The notes under the pieces were generated by a model, which saw nothing but the letters and a program-made list of their open reading frames with translations, was not told where the DNA came from and searched no databases. From the NCBI RefSeq assembly GCF_009914755.1, contig NC_060930.1: DNA of 64,000 nt. One strand, 5' to 3'. Positions 29,104-43,911 of this stretch are shown one piece after another. A program made the translations under genes and the position numbers. Numbering within the stretch: the stretch's first letter is position 1; each line of letters begins with the position of its first letter. Source of the DNA: the human T2T-CHM13v2.0 reference genome, Homo sapiens.

Positions 29104-29384
29104 TAAGATATGTTAACTTTTAAAATAAAACTGACATTGTAAAATTTGTCAGTGAACTGGAATATTATAGTTTGGGTTGTTTATGATTTTAACATTTTCA
29201 ATAATATAAAAATTATTTGTTAATAATTTTATAACTTGCTTGCTTTTTCAGATACCAATATACTTTATTCTGAGCCAAGGCAAAGTCCATCTGACAACAG
29301 CAGATTGGACAATAACTGAAAATGTAGTCTGTAAGGAAGCTTAATAATAAGATATACATCTCTTTATATTTCACTAAATGGCTA

Positions 29385-30060
29385 AAGAATGCGGAAAACT
29401 TATGTTTATACAAAAACCAGCAGACTGACATTTATAGCAGCTTTATCCATAACTGTCAACATTTGGAAGCAACCAAGATGTCCTTTAGCAGGTGAATTGA
29501 TAAATAAAACTGTGGCACATCCAGACAAGGGAATATTATTCAGCACTAAAAATAAAGGAGCTATCAAGCCAGGAAAAAACAAGGAGGAAACTCACATGCA
29601 TATTGCTAAGTAAAAGAAGCCAGCCTGGAAAAGCTGCATACTGTATGATTCCAACTCTGTGACATTCTGGAAAAGTAAAACCCTGGAGGCAGTAAAGAGA
29701 TCAGTGGTTGCCAGAAGTTAGGAGGAAAGGAGGGATGAATAGGCAGGGCACAGAGGATTTTTAGGGCAGTGAAACTACTCTGTGTGGTCCTGTAATGGTG
29801 GTTTAATGTCATTATGCATTTGGCCACACCCATAGAATGTACACCACCAAGAGTGAACTCTAATGTAAACTGTGGACTTTGGGTGATAATGATGTGTCAG
29901 TGTGGGTTCAATTGTAACAAATGTGCCACTCTGGTGGGGGATGGTGATAATGCGGAGCTGTGCACGTGGGGTGGGCAGGGGCATGCGGGAAATCTCTGTC
30001 CCTTCCTCTCAATTTTGCAGTAAACTTTAAAGCTCTTAAAAAGTAAGTATTTTTTAAACA
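29385..30060 (+). mobile_element. L1MC-like 3' end
   Basis: WKQPRCP ORF2 tail; 3'UTR motif gaatgtacaccaccaagagtgaac...ctctggtgggggatg. Confidence 0.8.
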
Positions 30061-30599
30061 AGAAAGAAACAAGGTGAACTAAATGTACAGCTAGATCTAA
30101 CATAAGGAAATAAGAATTGCTATTAATTTACATATATTAACTAATTAATTGTGAACCTTTTTAAAATACCATTGTGAACTGTAATGTATTTTATATTCAA
30201 ATGAATCCTCAGCCTTCTTCATTGTAAATATTAGCTGAACAAATGAGTAAATAAAAATCGACTTCATAGAAAATCAAGTGAGTCCAGTCATAGCCAGATA
30301 ACAGTGTTTAACCCACAAAAGATATGCAATTGTTCTTTAAAACAGTAAGAGGATTAATACAAAATTATTAAAGTTTATATTAAAGACATAAATGTAATCT
30401 TTACAAATAATTTTCTTATGGATAAATTATGCTTACTGTAGTTATTAGCCGGAACTTGCAATAATCTCCATATTAAGACAACCAAGACAACAATTAGTTT
30501 GTTTTAAGGCACCTGCCAACTTATATACTAGAAAATAAAAGTTTTCCAAGTGAAAAAACAGCTTTGCTCAGAATTTAAAACACTCTACTGGATAGCCTG

Positions 30600-31930
30600 C
30601 TTAACAGCACTAGGAAAACAAAAATTCTATGCATCAAAAGATGAATGAAAAGAGAAACAATAAACCAGGATGAAGATACATACAAACCCAATGGCTTCAT
30701 ATCTAGAATACATAAAGAACTCCCACAAATCAATAAGAAAAAGAGAAGCAGCCCAATAGAAAAATGGCAAAGTATGTGAACACAGAATCTATGAAAGAGA
30801 AAATTCAAATACTCCAAAACATTTTTAAATATGTTCAACCTCTGGCTGGGCACAGTGGCTCACGCCTATAATCCCAGCAATTTGGGAGGCTAAGGCAAGT
30901 GGCTCTCTTGAGGCCAGCCTGGACAACATGGCAAAACCCTGTCTCTGCTAAAAACACAAAAATTAGCTGGGTGTGGTGGCACATGCCTGTAATCCCAGCT
31001 ACTCAGGAGGCTGAGGCACAAGAATCACTTAAGCATGGGAGACCAAGGTTGCAGTGAGCTGAGATCACACCACTGCACTCCAGCCTGGGCAACAGAGCAA
31101 GGCTTTGTCTCAAAAAAAAAAGTTTAACCTCAAAATACTTACAGAGATGCAAATAAAACCATTAGATTTCATACTTATCAAATTCATTAAAGTTTTCCAA
31201 TTCTGGCAACACATTATTTTGGCAAGTATATGAAGTAACACAGCTGATGGAACTATAAACTTGTACAATCGATTTGGAGAAAATTTGGGAATATATATAT
31301 ATATATATATCAGATTTGAAACTACTCACAGCCTATGACTCAGCAATTCCAAACCTGAAGAAACTCCTGTCCACATGCCCAAGAAGATCTCTTTAAGAAT
31401 GTTCACAGCATTATTTATTTCTAAATAATACAAAACTGAAAATGTTACACATGCTCCTTCAAGAATAAAATGTGTAAGCAAACTGTGATGTATTCATAAA
31501 TAAAAATAGTTAAAACATGCAAACCAGATATCTGTATCTATCTATATTTTTATCAGCATGAATAAATGCCCAGAACATAGCACTAAAAGAAAAAAGCAAG
31601 TTGGAAGGACAAATACAGTTTAATAATACTTTTATGAAGTTTTAAATATATGCAAAAGAGCACCATGAATTGATTATTAATGCAAACATATACTATAAAA
31701 ATATAATGATATGTATGAGAATGATAGACATTAAATTCAGGAAACTAATGATCTCAGCTTGGGAGGGAGGGGAACAGGGTAAGAGTGTGGGGGCTTTAAC
31801 TGTACCTATAATGTTTTTTGTTTTTTGTTTTTTTAAGCTGGGTGGCTAGTTCTTCGGTGTTTATTAAATATATTCTTCATAGTTTTTGTTTTCTTAAAAA
31901 TACTTCATAATTTAAAACTAAAAATGGCAT
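30600..31930 (+). mobile_element. L1ME-like 3' fragments
   Basis: cccaatagaaaaatggcaaag and ctatgactcagcaattcc motifs; boundaries approximate. Confidence 0.65.
30844..31120 (+). mobile_element. Alu (AluJ/Sz-like) with a short left-arm deletion
   Basis: Dimer with poly-A; TSD-like tgttcaacctc / agtttaacctc. Confidence 0.9.
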
Positions 31931-32303
31931 CTGCCTCACAACCCCTAACAAGGCCTTTCCCAGTTTCCCATTAACATAAAGATGCGAAGGCAAATAAAAA
32001 GACAATATTTGAAATAGCGTTTGTATTAGTTTACTAGGGTTGTCATAACAAAATACCATAGATCAGGTGGCTTCAACAGCAGAAATTTATTTTCTCATAA
32101 ATCCAGAGGCTAAAAGTTCGAGATCAAGGTGCTGGCAGGGTTGGCTTCCTATAAGGCCTCTCCCCTTGGCTTATAGATGGCCAGCTTCTCGCTGTGTCCA
32201 CACACAGTTTTTCCTCTGTGCGCATCTGTGTCTTAATCTCCTCTTCTTATAAGAACACCAGTCGGATTGGATTAAGGCCCACCTATATGACCTCACTGAA
32301 CCT

Positions 32304-32434
32304 TTTTTTTTTTTACTTAAAAAAATTTTAATTCTTTTAGGTACACAATGTTATATATTTGTGTATGTGAGATGTTTTGATACTGGCATGTAATGTGAAA
32401 TAAGCACATCATGGAGAATAGGGATTCATCCCCT
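32304..32434 (-). mobile_element. Short L1MA1-3-like 3' tip
   Basis: Poly-T then gatgttttgatactggcatg...agcacatcatggagaat; TSD actgaacctt (32295-32304, 32478-32487). Confidence 0.75.
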
Positions 32435-32522
32435 AGAGGTAATTAAGGTTCAGTTAGTATGAATATAGTCAATACTAACTGAACCTTAATTACCTCTTAA
32501 AAGTCCTATCTATCTCCAAATA

Positions 32523-32896
32523 CAAACAGTCCCCAATTTACAATAGTCAAAACTTAAAATTTTACTGTGGTGCAAAAGCAATACCCATTCAGTAGAAACT
32601 GTACTTTGGGTACCCATACAACCGAAAAAAGTGAAAGGTTTTTCACTTTTAGTACAGTATTCAATAAATCACTTGAGACAGTCAACACTTTATTATAAAA
32701 TAGACTGGATGATGTTTTTGTCCAACTATAGGCTACCATAAGTATTCTGAGCACGTTTAAAGTAAGCTAGGCTAAGTTATGATGTTCAGTAAGTTAGGTG
32801 CATTAGGAGTATTAAATGCATTTTTGATTTAATGATATTTTCAACTTACGATGGGTTTGTTAGGACATAACCCTATCATAAGTTGGGGAGCATCCG
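32523..32896 (-). mobile_element. MER47A-like Tigger MITE
   Basis: Motifs ttcaacttacgatgggttt and gggagcatc; ~370 bp. Confidence 0.75.
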
Positions 32897-35129
32897 CACA
32901 GTCACACTCTGAGGTTCTGGGAGTTAGGACTTCAACATATGAATTTTGGGGGGACACAATTCGGCCCATAACAATACTGAAATCTAAGTTCAATGGACAA
33001 CAGATTCCTAAAAGCTGGAAGAAAATGCCTCATTATAAGAATAGTGGAATCCTTTTGAGAATAAACAACCACTAACTTGCCTATGTTTCATATCAGGTGT
33101 AGCACTGCCCCACCCACCCCCCGCAAAGGTAGTGGGGAGATAAATCACCTCTCCTTTGTCTAATCTTACCTGAGAACCAAGGTCCAGCCATAGTATCAAT
33201 TGAGAATGCCAAACATTTTCTAATTTTCTTTTGTTGCCTGAAATAGGTAATAATCTGTCTCTGAGGCTTCAAGATAATGATCTTTTCCCCTAATTGTGCA
33301 ATATTTTTCTTATAAGCCTTCTGTTGGTATTTTTCTGGGTTTTTTTCATTGTCATAAAAAGACAAATCTTTTCAGTAAGAAATAGAATCTTATTCTCCCC
33401 TCCATCCCCCATCTCCTCCCACTCGCCCCTGCCACCCACCAGCCTCCACCAAAGTACAGCCCATTCTGAGACTATGAGCACATGAAAAACTCCATTTCCC
33501 AGGAAGCACTGTACTTTGCAAGGACTACACCTCCCAGGATGCAATGCATCTCAGCCGGTCTTCTCAAATGCCTGCACCAGTTTTGTTTTGTTTTGTTTTG
33601 TTTTTCAGTTACATTTTCTAAATGGATGTAAGGCAGAACTATCTTCTGCAATGGAATAAAAGTAAGCTTGTTTTTGGATTTATTGCCTTCAGCCCTAAAT
33701 GCCGGAACACAGTGGAACATTGCTTACAGAATTTTGAGACAGAAAAAAATAAACAAAACCCTTGAATTTATACCCAGCCAAGTGTTATTTGACGGGAGGA
33801 AAGCAACAGAAAGAACCTTCCATCATAGAGCAGTTTATTGGTCTTTACTAATTAAACAAAAGCATAACTTGGCTTTTTCAATATACATTTCAAAGATGCA
33901 AGAAAAATCATTATTCGAGGATGTTGTTTTCAAATCGATTGGGCAGCGAGGAACAGAGCTTTTCTCTACAGTCCCTTGCCCAAATGTTCTTTTTCTGCTT
34001 CTGATGCTGTTAATTTTCCAGCATCAGAAATGCTTCTTGGATCACATCCTTAACTTACTGTTCTAAATACTTGACTTCTTCGATGAACATTTAAAACAAC
34101 AAATAATGCTGTTCTGTGCCAGCATTTACTAACAATGGCCAGACTTTTCACAGGGCTGATACAAAAAGTGCTCTTTTAGCCCTCCACAATAGCAGAACTG
34201 CTGAAACCAACATAAAGGCCATTTTCATTGTCAAGCTTCTTGGTTATTGATTTTTTTTCTGCATCTTTGAAATGTACGTTGAGAAATCTAACTATGGTTT
34301 TAAATAATTAGCAAAGATCAATAAACTGCCCTATGATATATTTCATTTGACACAAATCCCCACCTCTTATCATCTTCCAAGACTGGAGAATATTTCTGTC
34401 TAAATATGTTTTTTAAACATTATATGCAATGATATTTGTCAGATTTATGTTGCAAAGAACAAAATCCACTCTAGCTAGTTTAGCTGAAGCTAGTTTATTA
34501 CAAGTTTGAAATGGGTTATTGGACTGTTAGGAAGGCTGAGGAAAGAGCCTCTAGGTTAGATTTCAAGAATGGCTCCCAAAGTCACAAAATTCAGCCACCC
34601 ACGGAGCTTCTTTTGTCATTTGGAAGCTGCTTGCCAAATAGGAAAGCTGCCACCTCCTGAACCTTACCAACATCATCCCAATCAAGAAGGCTGCTATAAT
34701 CTGTACCAGCAAAACAGGTCCCCTCTCCACACTCCAACTCCACAGTTCAACGGCTGTTGAGACGTCCACTGGTGTCATAGCAGAAAAACCAAGTTCCTAC
34801 CTGTTTCTGCTTACTAAGAAAATCAAGCAGCTACAGTCTCTGCCTCCCTTCCACCTTCCAAATCATTCATGAGTGCATCTAATTCATCTACTTTTTGGAA
34901 ACTAAATTATACTCAGAACCTCAGACAAAAGGAATTCTGGGAAATGTACAGGAATGCATACCAGACAAATGTTGGGAAAGACATGGAGCACCAGTCCATC
35001 ATCTTCATACCACTACCAACCTAATCATATTCTTAAATGTATAGGAAAAGAGGCAAAGGACACGCCATAATACTCATGGTCCATTAGAAGCATCTGGGGA
35101 GCTTGTTGTAACTGAGGATAAGAGTTACA

Positions 35130-35380
35130 ATAATAATATTAATCATCATCATCACTAACATTTGATTCCACACTATGTGCCAACCAATATTCTATGTGCT
35201 GTATGAGCATTATGCCATTTAATCCTTATAACAGCCCTGAGGTGTGTACTCTTTTTATCCTTAATTTACACCTGAGAGGACTGCAGCATAAAGAGGTGAA
35301 TTAATTTGCTCAAGGACACATACTGTTAAGTGATGGAATCAAGATTCTAACCCAGACAGTCTGACCCCAGAGACTGCCCC
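35130..35380 (-). mobile_element. MIR fragment
   Basis: cactatgtgcc...tttaatccttataacagccctgagg...cccagacagtctgaccccaga. Confidence 0.75.
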
Positions 35381-38300
35381 TCTGCTGGATTTAATGCAGT
35401 CGGTCTGAGGTGGGGTCCAGGAGACTGCTTTTTAATAAGCTCTCTAGGGCGACTCTCATGGACATCCAAGTTTATCTCCAGTACCTTCCAATCTTAGGCA
35501 ATCATCGTGTATTAGTTTTATAATCATGAAAATGCTCTAAAAATGACAACACCTATAATTCTGCATATGCCATGTGATCATTGCCACATAAGTAACATAC
35601 ACACTGCAAAAGGGCTGGAAGTAAATATACCAAAGGGCTAGCAGAGATTCTCTTTGTATAGTGGGACTGAGAGTGATATTTTGCTGTCTTCTACTGTCTG
35701 TATTTTTCAAATGTTTACGATGAGCATGACTTTTATTCTATGTCTGCATGCGCTCAAGTTTCATCTATTAGTCTACAAGTGGTTGATGTTGGCACCCAAG
35801 CGTTAAAGATGTCATCTTTTTACTTGTATTTCCTTTCTGTTTCCTTTCCCGCCACTATGCAATTTTATCACATAAAATTAAAAACCAGGATGCTAACTGA
35901 AAATTTCCGAGTCCACTGGCCAGGCTAAGACAAGAAAAACAAATTTTACCAGATAAATTCAAGCGTTTGTTTTTATGTTTTACATGAGAGACTATGAAAC
36001 AGTGATTTGAGGTGCCAGTTCTGAACATGTACATCAATACCTGTTGATCACACTTTATCTTTCCGCATTCCCTCTTTTTCCTGTCTACCTCCACTCCTTC
36101 TTGTCTGTAAGTCTAAAAGGGCCCTCGCCGTGCTAGGAGCTCGGCAGCCTTCTCAGAAGCACAGTCGACAGAGACTGACAGCTCGCATCGTCCACTGGGC
36201 CAGTCTGGCTCCGGCACACGCATGAGCTGACCACACACTTGGTAACCGTCACTTTGACGAGCCAGCCTCAACAACCCTGATCCATCATCCAGGCAAACAT
36301 TAATATTTTACCTCAGTTATCAAGTGTGCCCGTTCAAACTTTTATCTAAAACATTCTTTATCATCTTTTCATTAAGTTCTCAAGAGCTAATGGTTTCTGA
36401 GTTCCCCGGGTAAGGATGATGTTCTGAATAATGAAAGCTCATTATTTCTCCACAGAATGCTTGTTAATTCAAATGATGATATTAAAACTATAGTAGCCTT
36501 TAGCGCTGGGGTGATTTCTAGCATACTTTATCATGTATCAATATATACTCTGTTTGTCAAAACTGCCCAGGGCTGGGGCTGACATTCTCTCTGGAGGAGT
36601 CTAGTGCTTCAAAAGGCACTGAATACACCAAGGTGACAACTGGCAGGGTTTGCGCCTCTAGGAAATGGAGAGATGAAACTTGAAGTGCCACTGTCTCTCT
36701 TGATTTCCTTATTAGTATTCATAAAGAAACAGTGCCCTCCTCTTCCTATTCCTTGTGGGTCTTCCTTTCGAATGGAATAAAAGAAAATCAATATTTTGAG
36801 AGAGAAGCACACACGGGGAGGTTCTACACATGAAATGTTATTTATTTCCATTTAACTGATCCCAGAATAATCTGCACAGAAAAAAAGACTGGTTTAGTTA
36901 TTGCTTGGACAAACACATGTGTACACACAGACTGCACTCAACTCAATGCTCCAGATGGTTGATGATGCTCTTGGGGGAAAAGTGTGGGTTCTCACAGTTA
37001 TTTTTAACAAGGCATTATTATTTGGTTCACTGAGTTTGGGGTGTCTTTCAAAACTTCCTAACCTTACCTCATCCAGGTTTTTATGACCAAGGAGATTCCC
37101 ACAGTTGTTACATTGCTGTAAATTTCTTGAATAAGTCCCTGCTTCTCGACTTTCGACAGCAGGATACTTCAAATATTTCAAATGTTGCCAACCTCACCTT
37201 ATACTCCTCAATTCTTCCTTACCTTTGGATAAAAGGTTTTTAATGACTGAGATGATTACTGCAAAGAGGTTCCTTCTCACTGAAAGAGTAAGCCCAGCCT
37301 GTCTTCTAGGTGAACTGTACAGCTTCCAGTCAGGGGATCTCCCATTTCCTTTCTCTCCACTCACTCTTTGCCTTTCTGTTATAAAAGTGTTGCAGAAAAA
37401 TATAAATTGCTTCCTTCTGGATGCATTTCAAATTCCTCTCTGTGTCCTGCATTATTGAAGCACCTGAAATTTTAGTATCCCAGCAGGTCTCCAAGGAGAG
37501 AGCAGTGTTCCCCAAACTAGGTATTTTACCTTTTTGAAATTGCATAAACCTGAAAAATCGTATCCACCCTTCCCTCTAGAATCTGGGAGGAATTGTAATT
37601 TTGAAAAACAAGCCATTCTCTGAGTTGCTTGGAGCTGTAAGGTCAACACACAGGAGCATTCGTGCACGCTACAACATGCATTTCTGTACCATTGTCTCTT
37701 AATTATCTCTCTTGTGGAAGACCAGCTGGCCTTCTGCCCACAGGCTCCATCATACTATGATAGTGAACTCTCTGCATTATAGTTGCGCTTTTTAGAACAG
37801 TAATGATCCAAAAGAAAAGGATCTACCAGCATTACTTTAATTATATTAATTATACCACTCAATAGTTTCTGCATTTTACATTAATCATGCTAGGCAATAG
37901 AATGATGCTTATTTAAATGAAATAAAAGTCACTCTGTTCATCCAACAAATGAATGACAAGGAGCATCTCAGCTAATTTATTATAGAGAAGCAAATGCATT
38001 CCCAGAATATTTCGGTCGTTAGGTCAACTTAAGAAAAATGTGGTTTAAGAAAAATATGTAGGGCATTTCCCATTGCATACATGGTTTTAAATATTCTGAC
38101 CCAGTATCAGACTATGTGCCAAAACATCTTCAGGGTATACAAACATCCCAATCTTTGGTTCAGGAAATATGGTTACCATGTATGCAGGGAACTGCTTGAA
38201 ACTCCTCCCAAAGTTTAAATGGTACTTCAGTCCTAATATGGATAACAAAGAAGTAGACTTGGAAGAAACTGATTAATACATCATTCCATTTGGTCTAGCA

Positions 38301-39081
38301 GCCTACTAAGCATCATCTTCCATAAAAGACCCCAGAAGCAAATGCTGTATTAATTTGCTCACTATTTCAGACCATATACCCACTCAATCTTTTAAAGCTC
38401 AGATTTTCTCAGGAATGGGTAGCTTTAGGACAAATTAAACATGAAACATTTGAGAAATTGACTTGTTGGCATCTAAGATTAGCAAATTAATTTTCAAGAG
38501 CAAATGGTACTTACTGCAACTGAACAAAAAATGTGGGGGAAGATGGGTAGAAAGCTAAAGTAAGGAAATATTCTTGGTAGATTCCATTTTCAATCCTTTT
38601 CACATAAGCATTTTATTCAAAGTATATTTGTAAAGGACAAAGTCAAATGTAAATGTCTGCATGATAAATCCATGAACACCAAAAATGAAAACACAGAGGC
38701 AAAATTAACTTGACCACCTGCCCCAAAAAGTGAATACAATTGAATGATTTACATATGAAAATATGTTTTTTCAGAGGTTAGGTTTTGTTTTTCTCTTAAT
38801 GCATACATACAAAATTCTTTCGATGAATCACAAGTTGAATTCTACATGTCATTCTTTAATTCAGAATACATGGTATTAACCATCACAAATAAATCTACTC
38901 CGCTGTAAGGATAGCCATTTAAAGCTCAATAGGCTTTCCAGCTCAGCTGAAAATCTTTGCTGATCTGTAGTCAACAAAAATATATTGCTCCATAATCTGC
39001 AGGTTATGTTTTTTTTAAAGAAAAAACTCTTTATTCTTCTCACACTTTTTATCTGTGCAGGTTGCTATCCATAGCTTAAAG

Positions 39082-39297
39082 CAGGGATGAACAAACTCTC
39101 TAAAGGGTCAGAGAGTAAATATTTTAAGATTGGATTTGCAAACCATGCAGTTACTGTAGCAACTACTCAACTCTGCCATTGTAGTGTGACAGTAATCATA
39201 GACAATATGTAACACATGGCCATGTTCCCATAAAACTTTACTTGAAAAACAGGCAACAGGTCATATTTGATCCACAGACCATAGTTTGCTGGCCTCT
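39082..39297 (+). mobile_element. MER58A hAT MITE
   Basis: caggg...aaagggtcagagagtaaatatttta...caactctgccattgtag...ccatagtttgctg. Confidence 0.85.
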
Positions 39298-40199
39298 ATA
39301 AAGGAAAACGTGTCTTAAAATCATTTGCTTTATACATAGACTACTATGTTTATTTAAAATTACTCTCTAAAACTACCACTGAGAACAGAATTATATGGCT
39401 TAATCATTTATGATTAAGTCACTTATAGTTAGCTTCACATCAAGTCTGTTTCTTCCAGCATATAAATTACTTGTTGGACAAATGACTTTATCTATAAAAT
39501 GCTACATAAATTAACCCAATATCTGGCGGTCAGTTGGATTCTTGACCTTGTTAAAAGTCAATCTTAATCTCAACATTAAAAAATTTAAGCATATAAGGAA
39601 GTAAAAATCTGAATAATGATAAACTTGTTTAAATCAACCATTCATGCTAGTTATTGCAATAATATAAGGAAGATCTTCTAGACCACAACTGGACCCTTAT
39701 ATAATGAAAATGATGTATTGAATGATCTGCCTGTGAACTGTAAGTATTAGAACAACTAAGAAGTTCTGAAGTTTTATTCTAGGATGGCAGATGCCCCTTG
39801 GAAGGGCTGTTTCAGTCTTCCACATGAAGTAGGTTAGTCCTGTCATAAACTGTAAAATAAACTGAAGAACAAAGGGCATGATTGATCCAAAAATGGATGC
39901 ACTAATGAGACATCAACTAACTCAGAATTTTTATGTTTTGGGGCCTCAGAGTTTATGTAAATTGGGGCTCTTTACTTTGGGTCTATGACTGGACTTCAGT
40001 TGGGTTCCAAAAGTTCCCTAAAATTATGGGCAAAATTTGAGTGTTCAAGTGTTTAACTTTTGTCTTTTGTGAAAGTCTATTAGATCCACCAAGTAACTCC
40101 TACACAGGTCATTATCCCTCATAGCAATTTGAATAGTCTAAGTTGTAAAATATTGCCTGTAAATACTTATTTGAGATTTCAGAGATAGATTGGGAAAAG

Positions 40200-40940
40200 C
40201 TTGGAATTACAAAATCAGAGTTTCAGAAGGGTTCTGAAAAGTTTTCTGGCCCAACAATCATCTTGTCCTTAAATTATTTCTATACCCCCCTCAAGCATTC
40301 ATGTAGCTTAGCTTAAATGTTGCTGTTGACGGGGATCTCACCTCCTTACAAAACAGCCCTTTCCACCTTTTGGTAACTCTGATTATTAGAAGGTTCTTTT
40401 TTACATTGAGTGAAACCTACCTGAACTATAGTTTTTACCCATTAGTTACCAATCTATCCATTGGTTTACCCATTAGTTCTAAGTTCTGGGGCCTACAGAA
40501 CATGATAAGTTCTGGGGCCTCTTTTACATGACAGCTTTTGACTATTTCAGGTGTCAGCAAACCTCTTCTATGAATGGTCAGAGTAAATATTTTGGAGTTT
40601 TCAGCCATATGGTGTCTATTGCAACCACTCAAATCTGCTGCTGTAACACAAAAGCAGTCATTGACAGTAGGTAAATGAATGAGATGGCTGGGTTCCCAAT
40701 CAAACTTTGCTTATATAGACATTGAAATTTGAATTTTATGTAATCTTCTTTTGATTTGCTTCCAACTATTTAAAAAGGGAAAGATCACTCTTAACTCACA
40801 GGCCATACAAAAAGAGGAAGTGGACCAGATTCAGCCCCTGGGCTATTGTTTGCCAACTCCTGAGATTTTCCCTTCTTCAATCTAAACATTCCTGGTACCT
40901 ATAGCCATTTATTTTAAGACATGGTAACACTTCTTCATTA
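40200..40940 (-). mobile_element. CR1/L3-like fragment interrupted by MER58B
   Basis: ctcacctcc...cagccctttcca...ctctgattattagaaggttctt, typical of a CR1 3' region. Confidence 0.5.
40548..40862 (+). mobile_element. MER58B hAT MITE
   Basis: TIRs caggtgtcagcaaac / gtttgccaactcctg. Confidence 0.85.
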
Positions 40941-40951
40941 TTCCAGCCTAA

Positions 40952-41302
<351 letters not shown>

Positions 41303-41875
41303 TAGTCTTTTTCTTTGTTTGTGGATTACTCACATGTATTGAGTTATTTGACTGAAAGTATTCTAATCTGTTTAAAATTTATTACCTCTTTTTACTCTCA
41401 TACCAATCCTTACAAGGGAGGTATTACTAATGTATTTATTACTTTGTTCTAGAAGTTAATATTATCCCTATTTTATACGTGGGGCAACAATAACTTTATA
41501 CAAAGGTTAACAGAAGGCAAGTGACTTGCCCCAAATATGTAGTTAGAAAGTAGCAAGAAGAAGGATTCCAAGACAATCTCCTAATTCCTAGTCCAAGCTG
41601 CTTTCTACCATACCATGTCCCCTGTATCTGGAGGTCATACAATCCTGCAGAAAGGAATGAGCTTGTTCTGACATGATTCATGCTTGGTGAACCCATGAGG
41701 CTTCTGAAAATCATCACTTCTTTTCTATACTTTTGAACCATCTTTTCAGTAGATAGATCTAACATCTTACCCAGAATTAGACTCAAAGTCATCAGTTTGT
41801 TGGTTGCAGAATTATCGTCTTGCCTCTTTTGAAGGCATTCAGAATCTTGAGGAAAGTGAAATCTGAGCACAGTCA

Positions 41876-42404
<529 letters not shown>

Positions 42405-43124
42405 TCAGGCTACACTATATAGTCTTTGAAATGTCTTGGTAAGAGATAGTCCTATTCTCCCCGCCTTTTGTTGTTGTTTGTTGTTGTTGTTGTTGTTAAG
42501 TTCAATTTAACCAAAATTTTTAAGATGTACTAGTGTCTAGTGTCCTAATGACAGCATAAAAGTGTTAAAACATTATACGGGCCCTTTTCCATTTTAATAT
42601 ATTTTTCAGACTGCTGACATTTCCTTTCACAAGTTAAAATACCACCTTTCAACATGGGTTTCAAGCACGAGTCAAAAATACTCTTAGGTTTGGTAGAGCC
42701 TACCAATAACTCTACTTTCCCTAGACCATCCAGATAACAGGCCAAAGATGCTTCATGACTTGGGGATGAGTGGTGTTCGAATTCCAACCACAAAAGCCTC
42801 TCTCTGAGGAGACCTCCTCAAGAAGCATCAGTGCACTTCACCGGCTTGGTTTGTGTAAATCCTAATTGTATTTAGAGTATGCGCCAGAACATGGTATCAG
42901 ACTGGCTCTGTTTCATAAACATCCAAGTCTGACCTCTCAAACACTGACAACTAGCACCTGGCCCCTGGCTATCATGACTTTATTTATAATGGCAGAGCCC
43001 AGTCAATGTGTTTGTAAGAAAGTTTAAAAAAAAAAAAAAGCTTTGATGGTCTTAATTATTTGTTATTTAAAGAAATCAATATATTCTGTTTACAAGGTTT
43101 TATCAAAACATTAAACATTGCACA

Positions 43125-43590
43125 TTTTTTTCCGACTTTTAAGTTCAGGGGTATACGTGCAGAATGTGCAGATTTATTACATAAGTAAACGTGTGCCATG
43201 GTGGTTTGCTGCCCAGCTCATCCCACCACCTAGGTATTCAGCCCAGCATCCATTAATTATTCTTCCTGACGCTCTCTCTCCCCCCACCTGCCCACTCCAA
43301 CAGGCCTCAGTATGTGTTGTTCCCAGCAATGTGTCCATGTGTTCTCATCATTCAGCTCCCACTTTTAAGTGAGAACGTGTGGTGTTTGGTTTTCTGTTCT
43401 GGCATTAGTTTGCTGAAGATAATGGCTTCCAACACCATTCATGTCCCTGCATGGGACATGATCTCATTCCTTTTCATGGCTGCATAGTATTCCGTGGTAT
43501 ACATGTACCACATTTTCTTTATCTAGTCTATCATTGATGGGCATTTAGGTTGATGCTATATCTTTGCTATTGTGAATAGTGTTGCAAAAA
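43125..43590 (-). mobile_element. 5'-truncated older L1PA 3' end
   Basis: ttttaagttcagggg...gtgccatggtggtttgctg...tcatttcctttt-like L1 3'UTR reverse complement. Confidence 0.9.
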
Positions 43591-43602
43591 ATATTGCAAA
43601 TT

Positions 43603-43911
43603 ATATTTATTTATTTATTTTTGAAATGGAGTCTCGCTCTGTTGCCCAGGCTGGAGTGTGGTGGTGCAATCTCAGCTCACTCCAACTTCCACCTCCTGGA
43701 TCCTGGATTCAAGTGATTCTCCTGCCTCAGCCTCCCAAGCAGCTGAGATTACAGGCACATGCCACCACGCCCAGCTAATTTTTGTATTTTTAGTAGAGAT
43801 GGGGTTTCACCATGTTAGCCAGGCTGGTCTTGAACTCCTGACCTCAAGTGATCTGCCTGTCTCGGCCTCCCAAAGTGCTGGGATTACAGGCGTGAGCCAC
43901 CGCACCCAGCC
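43603..43911 (-). mobile_element. AluS
   Basis: Full dimer on the reverse strand. Confidence 0.95.

Larger units (their letters stand above)
32022..32972 (-). mobile_element. MLT1A/B-like LTR split by an L1MA tip and a MER47A
   Basis: tgtattagtttactaggg...; resumes at actgaaccttaattacctc; ends gggacacaattcggcccataaca. Confidence 0.75.

Noticed and set aside
33668-34066. 132-aa plus-strand ORF in unique DNA
   Set aside because: Non-ATG start, composition typical of AT-rich non-coding DNA, no recognisable domain
36115-36300. ~60-codon stop-free minus-strand frame over the CpG patch
   Set aside because: No convincing start or splice sites and no recognisable protein similarity
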